A DNA stretch of 64,000 nucleotides from Roseomonas sp. (GTDB taxonomy: Bacteria > Pseudomonadota > Alphaproteobacteria > Acetobacterales > Acetobacteraceae), in the NCBI GenBank assembly GCA_051007055.1, contig JBPCSO010000080.1, positions 2,702 through 66,701 on the forward strand. The letters run 5' to 3'. The position numbers and the translations under genes were made by a program. Positions 47,874 to 59,389 of this stretch are shown one piece after another. Position 1 is the stretch's first letter; every line of letters starts with the position of its first letter. Under the pieces are notes generated by a model. It had not been told where the DNA came from, made no database searches, and was given only the letters and a program-made list of their open reading frames with translations.

Positions 47874-49319
47874 GTGGCGGAAAATCCGACAGACCCGGCG
47901 GGGGCCCCAACCCCCTCCCCGGCTCAGGGCGTTGACATGGCGCGTGCTGCCTTGAATCGCCTTTGGCATGAAAAGCGCTTTAAGGAAGGCGCTGAAGTGG
48001 CCCGGCGTGCCGCAGCGCGCTTTCCGGATGAGCCGGGCTTTGGTGTGGGGCAGGCGAATTTCTGGCTCGCGGCTGGGGAATTGGCGGCGGCTGAGGATGC
48101 GGCGCGAAGCTTCCTTGCAGGCAGCCCCCCCCCAGGCTTGGCGGAAGAAGCCTGGATCATCCTGGCTGATACGCTGACCCGCCAGGAAAGAGCCGCCGAT
48201 ACAAGGCTTGTTTTGCAGGAAGCCTGCCTGGCGTTGCCAGCGAGCATCCCTCTCCAGGCGCGGCGCGGGCGGCAGGCCATGCTGGCCCAGGATTTCGCTG
48301 AAGCCGTGGAAGCCTTGCAGATCGCCTGTGAATTGGCACCGGAGAGAGAGGTGCTGCAAAATTCACTGCTATCGGCGCTTTGGCAGACGCAGCGCTATGC
48401 GGTGGGCAGCAAGATGGCGGCGCGGGCGATTGAAATTTTGCCTGAGTCACCCGGTTTGCGCATGCATTTGGCGAATTTTTTATTCGCTGAAAACCGTGTC
48501 CGCGAAGCGCAAGCAGTTGCCCAGCAAGTGATCACGCTTGACCCCAGCAATACGCGCGCCCATTGGGTCATCGTGGACGCCTTATGGCGCCAGGATCGCT
48601 ATAATGAAAGCTTCCGTACGCTGGAGGCGGCGATTGAACGTTTCCCAACCGATATCTTTTTGTTGCAGCAATTGGCGCGACTTTCATCCGCTGCATCTCG
48701 AGAAGATGCCGTCCCCATCGCCTATCGGCGTGCCATCAGCCTGGCCGAGATGCCGCGTGGTATCTGGGAAGTGCTGATCCAAGCCCTGATAAAGCAGGAA
48801 GAATTCAAGGAAGCGGCAGATACCGCGCGCCGCGCCATGCTGCTTTATCCCGCCACACCTGAATTTGGCGCCTTGCTGGCTGAGATATTACTGCGCAATG
48901 GCACAGGATTGGAAGCAATCACGCAAGATATCGCGGATGTACTCGGGCAGGAAAGCCGCGCCCTGCCGGTGCAGATTGCGCTGATTTCCGGCATGCTCAG
49001 TCAGCAAAAATGGGATGAGGCAACAAGCCTGCTGGAAGAACTACGCGCCGATACAGCGGACCAGCCGGAATTGATGCTGGGCTTTGGGATCGCGCTGACG
49101 GGCAAGGGCGCACATGATGACGCAGTGGCAATACTCTCCGCCTTGGCAGAAAAACAACCTGATAATCTGCAGACGTGGGAAGCGCTATGTGATGCCCATC
49201 GTGAAGCAAAGCAGCTTAAGGGTGCTGTTGCGGCTTACCGTCGGCTGGAAGCGCTGGGCGCGCCCTTGCACATGATGCGTCGCGTGCAGGTCAAGCTGTT
49301 TGGTGAACAGTTTGCCTGA
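47874..49319 (+). CDS. Tetratricopeptide-repeat protein, no catalytic domain recognised
   Basis: Repeated helical A..A...A..L.P patterns throughout. Start is GTG 47874 or ATG 47937. Confidence 0.7.
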   Translation: MAENPTDPAGAPTPSPAQGVDMARAALNRLWHEKRFKEGAEVARRAAARFPDEPGFGVGQANFWLAAGELAAAEDAARSFLAGSPPPGLAEEAWIILADTLTRQERAADTRLVLQEACLALPASIPLQARRGRQAMLAQDFAEAVEALQIACELAPEREVLQNSLLSALWQTQRYAVGSKMAARAIEILPESPGLRMHLANFLFAENRVREAQAVAQQVITLDPSNTRAHWVIVDALWRQDRYNESFRTLEAAIERFPTDIFLLQQLARLSSAASREDAVPIAYRRAISLAEMPRGIWEVLIQALIKQEEFKEAADTARRAMLLYPATPEFGALLAEILLRNGTGLEAITQDIADVLGQESRALPVQIALISGMLSQQKWDEATSLLEELRADTADQPELMLGFGIALTGKGAHDDAVAILSALAEKQPDNLQTWEALCDAHREAKQLKGAVAAYRRLEALGAPLHMMRRVQVKLFGEQFA

Positions 49320-49448
49320 CGAGTGAAACATTAACGTGCCCGAAACGCTGACCACATGACCTAAAGCAAGCCTCTGTGTCACCGGCCTTGGTCATCACAG
49401 CAACCAACCCAGGGCCACCATCCGTTTAGAAATCATCGTCACCCAAGC

Positions 49449-49904
49449 TCACAACCCACAAGCCGCATCCAGAAACGCCCCATCCAGCGTCCCCGGCGCC
49501 GCCGCGCGGAAGCCGCTCCGGCGCGGGCGCTCAGCATGCACGGGTTGTTGCGCATTGCGCCTGGCGAACCATGCCCCTTCCAGCGGGCGCCAGAGCCGTT
49601 CAGCGCAGCGATATTCGCCAATGAAACGCACTGAAAGCGCCCTGCCCCCAGTTTCCGGAATGGGGATGGATTCGCGCAGATTGAGCATGATCCAAGCGCG
49701 GCGCACCGGGCCGGAGATGTTCAATTCGCGTTCCTGAACATAGCCGCTTACAAACAATTCATTGCTGAAGCCAATGGAACGCCAGCCAACAAGACCGGGG
49801 CCGGGTGGTTCAGGAATGGCGGGGGCGGCAGGTTCTGGCGCTTTCTCAGCACAACCCGCCAAGCCCAAAACCAGTAACCCCATCGCCAACCTCCGGCCCA
49901 TCAC
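49449..49904 (-). CDS. Predicted lipoprotein (possible surface-adhesin-E-like domain)
   Basis: Lipobox LAGC after a basic/hydrophobic leader, then a Pro-rich linker; GGGGAG RBS. The domain call is tentative. Confidence 0.65.
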   Translation of the reverse strand: MMGRRLAMGLLVLGLAGCAEKAPEPAAPAIPEPPGPGLVGWRSIGFSNELFVSGYVQERELNISGPVRRAWIMLNLRESIPIPETGGRALSVRFIGEYRCAERLWRPLEGAWFARRNAQQPVHAERPRRSGFRAAAPGTLDGAFLDAACGL

Positions 49905-49913
49905 ACTCTCCCC

Positions 49914-51425
49914 TTAGCCCATATTCACCATAATGGTCTTCTTATGGGTGAAATGTTCCAGCATGGCTTCCAGTGACGCTTCCTTGCCAAGGCCGGATTG
50001 CTTCACGCCACCATAGGAAAGATTGGCCTGCACCACTAGATTTTGGTTGATCTGGACCAAGCCCGCTTCCAGCCGATGCGCCAGATCAAGCCCTACCTTC
50101 AGGTTATTGGTCCAAAGGCTGGCGGCCAAGCCGTAGACGGAATCATTGGCTTCCGCCAGCACCGATTCCGGGTCATCAAAGGGCTGAATCACCGTCACCG
50201 GGCCAAAGATTTCTTCCTGCACAAGGCGGCTTTCGCGCGTCAGGCCAGTGAAGATCACCGGCTGCAAGAACAGGCCCTTCTTCAGCGCAGGGTCTCCCGG
50301 CATGCGGCTGCACACATGCGCGGTGGCGCCGGCGGTGGCCGTGCCCTCCGCAATGAAGCCCTTCACCTTGTCGAATTGCCCCTGGCTGATGATGGTGCCG
50401 ATATCGGTCTTCTCATCCAAAGGATCGCCCATCACCATGCCATTCACCGCATCCTTCATGGCGGTGACGAAGCGGTCAAAAATCGGCCGTTCCACATAAA
50501 TGCGCGATGCCGAAGTGCAGCTTTGCCCCTGGCGCGTGAAGCGCATGGAAGTCAGCGCGCCGGAGACCGTTTTGTCGAAATCGCAATCGGCAAAGACAAT
50601 CATCGGGCTTTTGCCGCCCAATTCCAGCGTAACCGGAATCAGCTTTTCAGCGGCAGCGCGATAGACAATCTTGCCCGTCTCGACCGAACCGGTGAAGGTG
50701 ACTTTCTTGACCAGCGGATGCGCCACCAGCGGCGCGCCGCATTCCGGGCCAAAGCCGCTCACCATATTGAACACACCTGGCGGCAGCACGCGGTTCATGA
50801 TTTCGCAAATGCGCAGCACCGCCAGCGGCGCTTCTTCCGCGCTTTTCACCACAACCGCATTACCCGCCACCAGCGCCGGCGCCACTTTCAGCGCCATCAG
50901 CAGCATCGGCACATTCCAGGGAATGATGGCGCCCACCACGCCAAGTGGTTCGCGCACGGTGACCGACAGCACATTGGGGGCGAAGGGCACGCTTTCGCCC
51001 TTCAATTCACTGCCGAGGCCGCCGAAGAATTCGAACACATCGGCGACAACATTGGCTTCCACGCGGCTTTCCGTGCGCAAAGCCTTGCCGGTTTCAAGCG
51101 CAATCAGCCGGCCCAATTCATCCACATGTTCCTTCAGCAGCGCGGCACATTGATGCACCAAGGCGCCCCGCTTCCTCGCCGGCAGCTTGGCCCATTCCTT
51201 CTGCGCCTTCGCGGCATTGGTCACCGCCGCATCCACATCCACCGCATCGCCTTCCGCCGCGCGCGCCACTTCAATCCCCGTGGCCGGGTTCACCACGGCA
51301 AAGGTCTTGCCACTACGTGCCGGTACATAGGCGCCACCGATGAAATGCAGGCCGGACAGCGCCTTGGCCAGCGCAAAGGGGTCTGCCGAAGGGGCGGAGG
51401 GGGTCGGGTGCGGGCGATCCAGCAT
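49914..51425 (-). CDS. NAD(P)-dependent aldehyde dehydrogenase
   Basis: IIPWNVP, FTGSVETG, LELGGKSP, GQSC (catalytic Cys) and EEIFGPV motifs. Confidence 0.95.
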   Translation of the reverse strand: MLDRPHPTPSAPSADPFALAKALSGLHFIGGAYVPARSGKTFAVVNPATGIEVARAAEGDAVDVDAAVTNAAKAQKEWAKLPARKRGALVHQCAALLKEHVDELGRLIALETGKALRTESRVEANVVADVFEFFGGLGSELKGESVPFAPNVLSVTVREPLGVVGAIIPWNVPMLLMALKVAPALVAGNAVVVKSAEEAPLAVLRICEIMNRVLPPGVFNMVSGFGPECGAPLVAHPLVKKVTFTGSVETGKIVYRAAAEKLIPVTLELGGKSPMIVFADCDFDKTVSGALTSMRFTRQGQSCTSASRIYVERPIFDRFVTAMKDAVNGMVMGDPLDEKTDIGTIISQGQFDKVKGFIAEGTATAGATAHVCSRMPGDPALKKGLFLQPVIFTGLTRESRLVQEEIFGPVTVIQPFDDPESVLAEANDSVYGLAASLWTNNLKVGLDLAHRLEAGLVQINQNLVVQANLSYGGVKQSGLGKEASLEAMLEHFTHKKTIMVNMG

Positions 51426-51500
51426 GGGGGTGGTCCTTTCTCAATTTCCGGCAAGGCATAGCGCCTGGGCGCCCCTTAGGGAACCGTGCCCATGGTGCGC

Positions 51501-52935
<1,435 letters not shown>

Positions 52936-52962
52936 AGCTTCAGGCCGCCCCGCGCGAAAGGC

Positions 52963-53304
52963 TCAGGGTAAATCGAAGCGCACTGCGATGGCGGCTGAGG
53001 CAATCACCGCCTTGTCATGTGCGCCTTCTTCCGGGACATCCAAGCCACCCTTCACAGCGCGTGCCGTGACCACGCCATAAGGCAGGGATTTGCGTACGGC
53101 TTCGATATCCACCTTATCAGGCTGCTGCACGCCGATGGTCACTTCCACCTGCATCGTCTTGATATCGAGCCCAAGCGTGCGGATGAACGCGAGCGACGAA
53201 TGATGCAAGGCGTCCTGCACGGCGCGCAAAGCGGCCTTGGTGTAATCCCCGCCATGCAAATCATTGCCGCTGCCCATTTCAAGGATGATGCGCTTCAAGG
53301 CCAT
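52963..53304 (-). CDS. Lin0512 family protein (copy 2)
   Basis: LEMGSGNDLHGGDYTKAALRAV.DAL.HSSL and GGL motifs. Confidence 0.8.
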   Translation of the reverse strand: MALKRIILEMGSGNDLHGGDYTKAALRAVQDALHHSSLAFIRTLGLDIKTMQVEVTIGVQQPDKVDIEAVRKSLPYGVVTARAVKGGLDVPEEGAHDKAVIASAAIAVRFDLP

Positions 53305-53316
53305 TTTCGGTCTTCC

Positions 53317-53655
53317 TCACACATCCAGGCGCACAATGGCGCAGCAATTGGCAATGACGGTACTGTTGGTGCCCTCATCATTCGGGATTTCAAGCCCACC
53401 TTCCACCAAAGTCACCGTGCCGGTGCCATGGGGCAGAATGGCCAGCACCCGGTCCTTATCCACCAAATCGGGTTTGGGCACGCCGATCAGCACTTCAACC
53501 TGCATCGCATCAACATCCTGGCCGACCGCGGCACCAATGGTCAGTGAATTGTGCCAAAGCGCATCACGCAGCGCGCGCACCGCGGCCTTGGTGTAATCCG
53601 CGCCGCGAATATCGGTGCCCATGCCAATTTCAAGCACCATGCGTTTCAGGGCCAT
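53317..53655 (-). CDS. Lin0512 family protein (copy 1)
   Basis: LEIGMGTDIRGADYTKAAVRAL.DALWHNSL and GGL motifs; ATG 53655 after GAAGGA. Confidence 0.8.
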   Translation of the reverse strand: MALKRMVLEIGMGTDIRGADYTKAAVRALRDALWHNSLTIGAAVGQDVDAMQVEVLIGVPKPDLVDKDRVLAILPHGTGTVTLVEGGLEIPNDEGTNSTVIANCCAIVRLDV

Positions 53656-53720
53656 GATCCCGTCCTTCACTCATCCAACCGAAGCGTGACCCATTTCCAC
53701 CGACTACGCCATAGGCACCA

Positions 53721-54284
53721 TTACCGCCTGATCAGCACGGCAATCGCCTCCAGCCCGCGATCACGCACGCCCATTTCGCCCAAGTGATCCAGCGTATTGA
53801 AAAGATACTCCCGGTTCGATCCCATCTGCCCATGGCCCGCATCAATCGCGCGCGCCAGTACCTCCGCCGGCTGCTTGCCGCAATAAAGCCGGCACGCCCG
53901 GTTCGCGACATAGGCAATGGCTGGAACACGCTGTCCATTATCCAATAGCGTCAAGGGCAAAAGACAGCGGCGATAGACAACTTCTCCGCCATCGGGCAAT
54001 TCGCGCGCATCCAGATAGGCGAGTGTTTCCGCCGCCGCACGCCCAGGCACGCGAAACACTGCCCCGCGGCAAGCGCCGCCGCGATCCAGCCCCAAAACCA
54101 GCCCTGGGCGTTCCGGCGTGCCACGATAACGGTGGCTCCATAAGCAAAAGCGCCGGTGAAAGCCGCGCAGCAGCGCCGGGTGACGCGCAGCATGGTCAAA
54201 GCCTGGCCGCCATATCAGCGATCCATAGGCAAAGACGTAGAAATCCCCATCCGGGGCAAGAAGAGGTGCAATATCGGTTGTCAT
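53721..54284 (-). CDS. chaC: ChaC-family gamma-glutamylcyclotransferase
   Basis: VFAYGSLIWRPGF, HRYRGTPERPGLVLGLD and G.MGSN.EYL motifs. Confidence 0.88.
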   Translation of the reverse strand: MTTDIAPLLAPDGDFYVFAYGSLIWRPGFDHAARHPALLRGFHRRFCLWSHRYRGTPERPGLVLGLDRGGACRGAVFRVPGRAAAETLAYLDARELPDGGEVVYRRCLLPLTLLDNGQRVPAIAYVANRACRLYCGKQPAEVLARAIDAGHGQMGSNREYLFNTLDHLGEMGVRDRGLEAIAVLIRR

Positions 54285-54322
54285 GGCGGGCGCGATCAAT
54301 CATCGCTATATCGGTCACCAGC

Positions 54323-55399
54323 ATGAACGCCAAGCCATCCCCCCTTCCTCGTTCGTCCTTTCCGGGGCGCTTCCTGTTTGGCGCTTTGGTTTTGCTTGCC
54401 GCGCTGGTGGCCGGCCAAAGCCTGCTCTGGCGCTGGAGCACGGGGGCGCTTGCTGAGGGTTTTAGCGATTGGGTGATCAAACACCGCGCTCAGGGCTGGA
54501 GCATCAACCACGATATCCCGGAACGCAGCGGTTGGCCCTTTGCCGCGCGGCTTTCCATCCCGCGCCTTTCCATTGAAAGCCCGGGCGATGAGACATCCGG
54601 CCAGGGCATGGGGTGGGAAGTTCAGACTCTGACACTGACCACCCCGCTCCCCTTGCCGGACGCGCTACGCCTTGAAGCAACCGGCCAGCAGGCGCTCAGG
54701 CTTGGTGCCACCCGAATACCGTTCACCACGGAAAGTGTCATTGCGCTTCTGCCGCTTGAAGCAGGCCAGCCGCCGCGCCGGGCCAATGCCTTACTGCAAG
54801 GCGTGGTGGCGCAAACCCCCGATGGGGTGCTGACCATTCGCCGCCTTGGGGCTGATGCGAATTGGATGCGCACGGGCGAACCCGCGCTGACGCTACAATT
54901 CGCCGCCGAGGATGCTTCCCTGCCCCAGGCTTGGCTTATGGTCCCGACGCTTGCCAGTTTTGGCCCCCGGATTGCGCGGCTTGAATTTGATGGCGCGCTG
55001 CATGGCAATGTGCTGGCAATGCCAAGCCTGCGTGAACAATTGGATGCCTGGCGCGCTTCCGATGGTAAATTGGAACTTCGCCAATTACGGCTCGCCTGGG
55101 GGGATTTGGACGCGGGACTCAGGCTTTCCGCGCGGCTGGATCAAGCATTGCAACCCACCTTGGCGGGCACGCTTTCTGTCACCAATCCCAACGCGGCGCT
55201 CGATTCCCTGGCAAGGTCGGGCCTGATTCAACGGCGCGCGCTGGATGGGACAAAATTCGCGGTGGGGCTACTGACGCGGCGGCCTGAAAATGGTGGACCG
55301 CCAGTCGCGGAAATTCCGATCGCACTGCAAAATGGCGTGGTGAGCGTGGCGCAGATACCTTTGTCGCGCGTGCCACCGATTGCCTGGCCGCAATATTGA
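54323..55399 (+). CDS. DUF2125-like exported/membrane-anchored protein
   Basis: N-terminal TM segment, then W..HRA.GW.I....ERSGWPF and a beta-rich body; divergent from chaC. Family call is from memory. Confidence 0.6.
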   Translation: MNAKPSPLPRSSFPGRFLFGALVLLAALVAGQSLLWRWSTGALAEGFSDWVIKHRAQGWSINHDIPERSGWPFAARLSIPRLSIESPGDETSGQGMGWEVQTLTLTTPLPLPDALRLEATGQQALRLGATRIPFTTESVIALLPLEAGQPPRRANALLQGVVAQTPDGVLTIRRLGADANWMRTGEPALTLQFAAEDASLPQAWLMVPTLASFGPRIARLEFDGALHGNVLAMPSLREQLDAWRASDGKLELRQLRLAWGDLDAGLRLSARLDQALQPTLAGTLSVTNPNAALDSLARSGLIQRRALDGTKFAVGLLTRRPENGGPPVAEIPIALQNGVVSVAQIPLSRVPPIAWPQY

Positions 55400-55409
55400 A
55401 TATCGCTGA

Positions 55410-57191
55410 TTAGACGCGCGCCGCATCCACAATCTGGAACGCGACACTCACCTCGCCATTCCAGCTCTCCGCGCGCAAATGTCCGCAAAGATGCAAGGGT
55501 GTGCGATCGGGTGAGAGCAAAGCCTCGGCCAATGGTCCATCCTTGGCGCGGAAGCAAATGGTCTTGAGCCTTCCACCGCCTTCGCCATCCACAAAGGCGC
55601 GGATTGTCGCCCCTTCCTTGCCGATGCGATCCGCGCGGACAACGCGCGCCCGCGCCAAGGCGAAGATCGGCTCCTCATTGCCCGCACCAAAGGGCGCAAG
55701 TCGCCCGATTTCCTGCGCCAGCGCTGTGGTCGCCGCCGTGACGGTCAGTGCGCCCTCTACCAGTAAATCAGCGGCACTCGGCAGGCGTGCGGCGTGGGAT
55801 AGGCGTTCTTCCAAGAAAGCATGAAAGGCTTCACCCTGAGCCACCTTAAAGGAAAAGCCCGCCGCCATCGGGTGCCCGCCGCCAGTCTCAAGCAATCCCA
55901 CCTCTCGCGCGGCGATGATCGCGGTACCAAGATCAATACCTGTAACAGACCGGCCAGAACCCTTGGCGATACCGCCCGCAATACCAGCAACACAGGCGGG
56001 ACGATTAAATTTTTCCTTGATCCGGCCGGCAACAATGCCAACCACGCCCGGGTGCCAACCCTCTGCCGCCACCAGTAGTACGGCATGGCCCGCCTTCACC
56101 TGCGCTTCCGCCATCGCCAGCGCCGCGCCCAGCATATCGCCTTCCACTTCCTGCCGGCGCTTATTCACCTCATCCAATTTTTCCGCCATCGCGCGCGCTT
56201 CAATCGCATCTTCCGAAAGCAAAAGCCGCAAGCCCAAATCCGCTTCCGCGATGCGGCCAGAGGCATTGATGCGCGGGCCCAGCATGAAGCCAAGCGTATG
56301 CGCGCTTGGCGCATCCTTCTGCCCCGCGACATCCAACAGCGCAGCCAGACCAATACGCCCGCGCTTGCCGAGCACCTTCAAGCCCTGCGCCACCAGGGCG
56401 CGATTAAAACCCGTGAGCGGCATGACATCACACACGGTCGCAAGCGCCACAATATCGAGCAGCGCGAGAAGATCGGGTTCGGCCCGGCGCGTGAACCAAC
56501 CGGCGCGACGCAACACACGAAGCGTTGCCGTGGCCGCCAGGAAAGTCACCGCTGCAGCGCAGATATGCCGCAAGCCCGATGGGCAATCCAAGCGATTGGG
56601 ATTGACGACGGCAAGCACCGCCGGCAGCGCGCCTTCGGCCTTGTGATGATCCAGCACCACAACATCGGCGCGGCCATCAGCAGCAGCCAAAGCGACACCC
56701 GCGGCAATGCCGCAATCCACGCAAATAATGAGCGAAGCGCCCGCATCACAAAGTGCTGCAATCGCCGGCGCATTCGGTCCATAACCTTCCATGATGCGAT
56801 CCGGCACGTAAGGTGTGACTTGGCAGCCTAGATCACGCAAAAACCGTGTCATCAAAGCGCCAGCGCAAGCGCCATCCACATCATAATCGCCGAATACCGC
56901 GACATGCTCGCCACTGCGCACCGCAACCGCAATGCGATCCGCTGCCGCTTCCATATCAGCCAAGCGCGACGGGTCTGGCATCAGCGCGCGGAGCTTCGGT
57001 TCCAGAAAATCCGCCGCATCATCAAGGCCAATGCCGCGCGCGGCGAGCAAGCGCCCCAGCATCTCCGGCAATTCAAGCCGCTGCGCAATGCCAAGGCCAA
57101 TGCGCGCATCGCCGGTGCGCCATTGCCAGCTTCGCCCTGTCAGGCTGCGCGCCACGCCAAAGACAGGCCCCGTCAGCGCGCTATCATCCAT
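55410..57191 (-). CDS. recJ: Single-stranded-DNA exonuclease RecJ
   Basis: FGDYDVDG, DR..EGYGPN, VDCG, LDHH, LGPRINA.GR, GVVGIVAGR and GGHPMAAG motifs. Confidence 0.97.
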   Translation of the reverse strand: MDDSALTGPVFGVARSLTGRSWQWRTGDARIGLGIAQRLELPEMLGRLLAARGIGLDDAADFLEPKLRALMPDPSRLADMEAAADRIAVAVRSGEHVAVFGDYDVDGACAGALMTRFLRDLGCQVTPYVPDRIMEGYGPNAPAIAALCDAGASLIICVDCGIAAGVALAAADGRADVVVLDHHKAEGALPAVLAVVNPNRLDCPSGLRHICAAAVTFLAATATLRVLRRAGWFTRRAEPDLLALLDIVALATVCDVMPLTGFNRALVAQGLKVLGKRGRIGLAALLDVAGQKDAPSAHTLGFMLGPRINASGRIAEADLGLRLLLSEDAIEARAMAEKLDEVNKRRQEVEGDMLGAALAMAEAQVKAGHAVLLVAAEGWHPGVVGIVAGRIKEKFNRPACVAGIAGGIAKGSGRSVTGIDLGTAIIAAREVGLLETGGGHPMAAGFSFKVAQGEAFHAFLEERLSHAARLPSAADLLVEGALTVTAATTALAQEIGRLAPFGAGNEEPIFALARARVVRADRIGKEGATIRAFVDGEGGGRLKTICFRAKDGPLAEALLSPDRTPLHLCGHLRAESWNGEVSVAFQIVDAARV

Positions 57192-57209
57192 GAAATACGC
57201 GCGCCCTGA

Positions 57210-58220
57210 TCAAGCGATGAAGGCGCTGGGCTTGCGCGCGAAATTATGATGCCCTTCCACATAGCGCACCGTGCCGGACTTGGACCGCATGACGATGGAA
57301 TGGGTATAAGCCCCACCCGCAAAACGCCGCACGCCGCGCAGCATGGCGCCACTTGTCACGCCCGTTGCCGCGAACATCACATCGCCCTTGGCCATTTCCT
57401 CGACACTGTATTTGCGATTGGGATCGGTGATGCCCATGGCCCGCGCGCGCGCGATCTGTTCCTCATCTTCAAACATCAGCCGGCCCTGCATCTGCCCGCC
57501 AATGCAGCGCAAGGCCGCCGCCGCCAGCACGCCTTCAGGCGCGCCGCCCGAGCCCATATAGATATCCACGCCCGCTTCCGGCTGGCTGACGGCAATAACG
57601 CCCGAAACATCGCCATCACCCAGCAGCATGATGCGCGCGCCGGCAGCGCGGCAGGCGCGGATCATTTCCTTATGGCGGTCACGATCCAAGGTGCAAACCA
57701 TCAGATCGCCAATGTCGCATTTCTTGGCGCGCGCCAATTCGCGCAAGTTTTCCTCAGGCTTCGCATCCAAATCCACAATGCCTTCCGGCAGGCCAGGCCC
57801 GATCGCGAGCTTGTCCATGTAGATATCCGGCGCGTGCAAAAACCCGCCCTTTTCCGCCAGCGCCACGGTCGCAATCGCATTCGGCCCGCCCTTGGCGGTG
57901 ATGGAGGTCCCCTCCAGCGGGTCCACCGCGATATCCACTTCCGGCCCACCGCCGGCCTTGGCGTAAAGCCCGACCTTTTCGCCGATATAAAGCATCGGCG
58001 CCTCATCCATCTCACCTTCGCCGATTACAACCGTCCCGGTGATGGCGACTGTATCGAAGGCCTTGCGCATGGCTTCCACCGCGGCGCCATCGGCGGCGTT
58101 CTTGTCGCCGCGCCCGATCCAGCGGGAAGCGGCGAGGGCCGCAGCTTCCGTCACGCGCACCAATTCAAGCGCGAGGTTACGGTCAACCACCAGGCCGGGG
58201 GCGGGGGCGGGTTTGGACAT
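57210..58220 (-). CDS. glpX: Class II fructose-1,6-bisphosphatase
   Basis: LELVRVTEAAA, VIGEGE.DEAPML, DIAVDPLEGT and GGAPEGVL motifs. Confidence 0.96.
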   Translation of the reverse strand: MSKPAPAPGLVVDRNLALELVRVTEAAALAASRWIGRGDKNAADGAAVEAMRKAFDTVAITGTVVIGEGEMDEAPMLYIGEKVGLYAKAGGGPEVDIAVDPLEGTSITAKGGPNAIATVALAEKGGFLHAPDIYMDKLAIGPGLPEGIVDLDAKPEENLRELARAKKCDIGDLMVCTLDRDRHKEMIRACRAAGARIMLLGDGDVSGVIAVSQPEAGVDIYMGSGGAPEGVLAAAALRCIGGQMQGRLMFEDEEQIARARAMGITDPNRKYSVEEMAKGDVMFAATGVTSGAMLRGVRRFAGGAYTHSIVMRSKSGTVRYVEGHHNFARKPSAFIA

Positions 58221-58281
58221 GGGCAGGCAGTCTCCGATTCGTTCAGGCAGGATTTAGCATGGTGCGGGGCAAAACGCGGCC

Positions 58282-59325
58282 TTAGGCGGCGGCTTCAACC
58301 AGGAAGCCCTGCACCGCCTGAAACAGCGCGCCGCGATTGCGTTCCATCACAATCGTATGCGTGCCTTCCCCCAGCACCACCAGCCGCTTGCCCGGGCTAT
58401 TCGTCAGCAGCGGGAAAATCGCGAGTGCCATGCTGGGCGGCGTATCGCGGTCCCATTCCGCCACCACCAAAAGCGTGGGCGCAGTGACCTTGGCGGGGTC
58501 CCAATAGGGGCGGCCAGCCTGCCCATATTCCCGGCTATCCAGCAGCACGCCATTCGGCGCCCGCAGCGTCTGCGGATTGCGCCGCATGCCTTCCGGATCG
58601 GTCGCCCAGGTGACGCCGGCCCAATGTTCAAACCAGCCAGGCGGGATCAGGCCAGCGCGCTTGCCTTCCGGCACGCCGGTCATCCAGCGTTCGCGCGCCT
58701 GCGCCTGCGTCACGCTGCGATAGGCGCCAAGCGTCGCAGGTGCGGCACCGGCAGCGAGGCTCGGCCCATCACGCAGCCAGGGTGGGGCGAATAGCACCAG
58801 GCGTTCCACCAGCGCCGGGTTATCGGCGGCGAAGCGGCCCATGAGCGTGCTGCCCCAGGACCAGCCGATATGCACCAGCTTCGCGACATTCCGTCTTTCG
58901 CGAATGAAGGCGGCTGCGGTGGCGATATCCTTCACCGCCGTCTCACCCCGCACGATGGGCGGATTGGCTTCTGGCGGTTGGCTCATTTCCAGAGGGCGCG
59001 TGCTGCGGCCATAGCCGCGAATATCCAGACACCACACGTCAAACCCTTGGCCCGCAATGTAATCCATCCAGGAAAGGCCACCCAAGGGCAGGTCAAAGGC
59101 CGTATGCGCGGGATAGGTCGCGCCATGCACGAACAGAACGGTTCGCGCCGGGGTAAAATTCGTCAGGTTTTCCGGGCGCTTGTTGCGGAGAAACAGCTCA
59201 ATCCCCGCATCGCCGGAGGGGATCATGAATTCCTCGGTCACCAGCGCCACTTGGGCTTGGGCGTTGGTGGCGGTGGCGAGCAAAGGCGCGGCCAAGGGCG
59301 CGGCCAGCATGGTGCGTCTATTCAT
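58282..59325 (-). CDS. Alpha/beta hydrolase with a Tat-type leader
   Basis: NRRTML leader, VHGAT, D.RGYG.S, nucleophile GWSWG and a C-terminal GTH. Confidence 0.85.
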   Translation of the reverse strand: MNRRTMLAAPLAAPLLATATNAQAQVALVTEEFMIPSGDAGIELFLRNKRPENLTNFTPARTVLFVHGATYPAHTAFDLPLGGLSWMDYIAGQGFDVWCLDIRGYGRSTRPLEMSQPPEANPPIVRGETAVKDIATAAAFIRERRNVAKLVHIGWSWGSTLMGRFAADNPALVERLVLFAPPWLRDGPSLAAGAAPATLGAYRSVTQAQARERWMTGVPEGKRAGLIPPGWFEHWAGVTWATDPEGMRRNPQTLRAPNGVLLDSREYGQAGRPYWDPAKVTAPTLLVVAEWDRDTPPSMALAIFPLLTNSPGKRLVVLGEGTHTIVMERNRGALFQAVQGFLVEAAA

Positions 59326-59389
59326 CGGAAACCCCCTGTGTTCTTGGAGCCCTTATAGCGCCGCGCCGAGCGAAAATCAGCCCGCCCTG

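Noticed and set aside
49320-49448. Short intergenic ORFs between the TPR and lipoprotein genes
   Set aside because: No RBS or protein-like features; the 49185-49382 ORF overlaps the TPR gene antisense.
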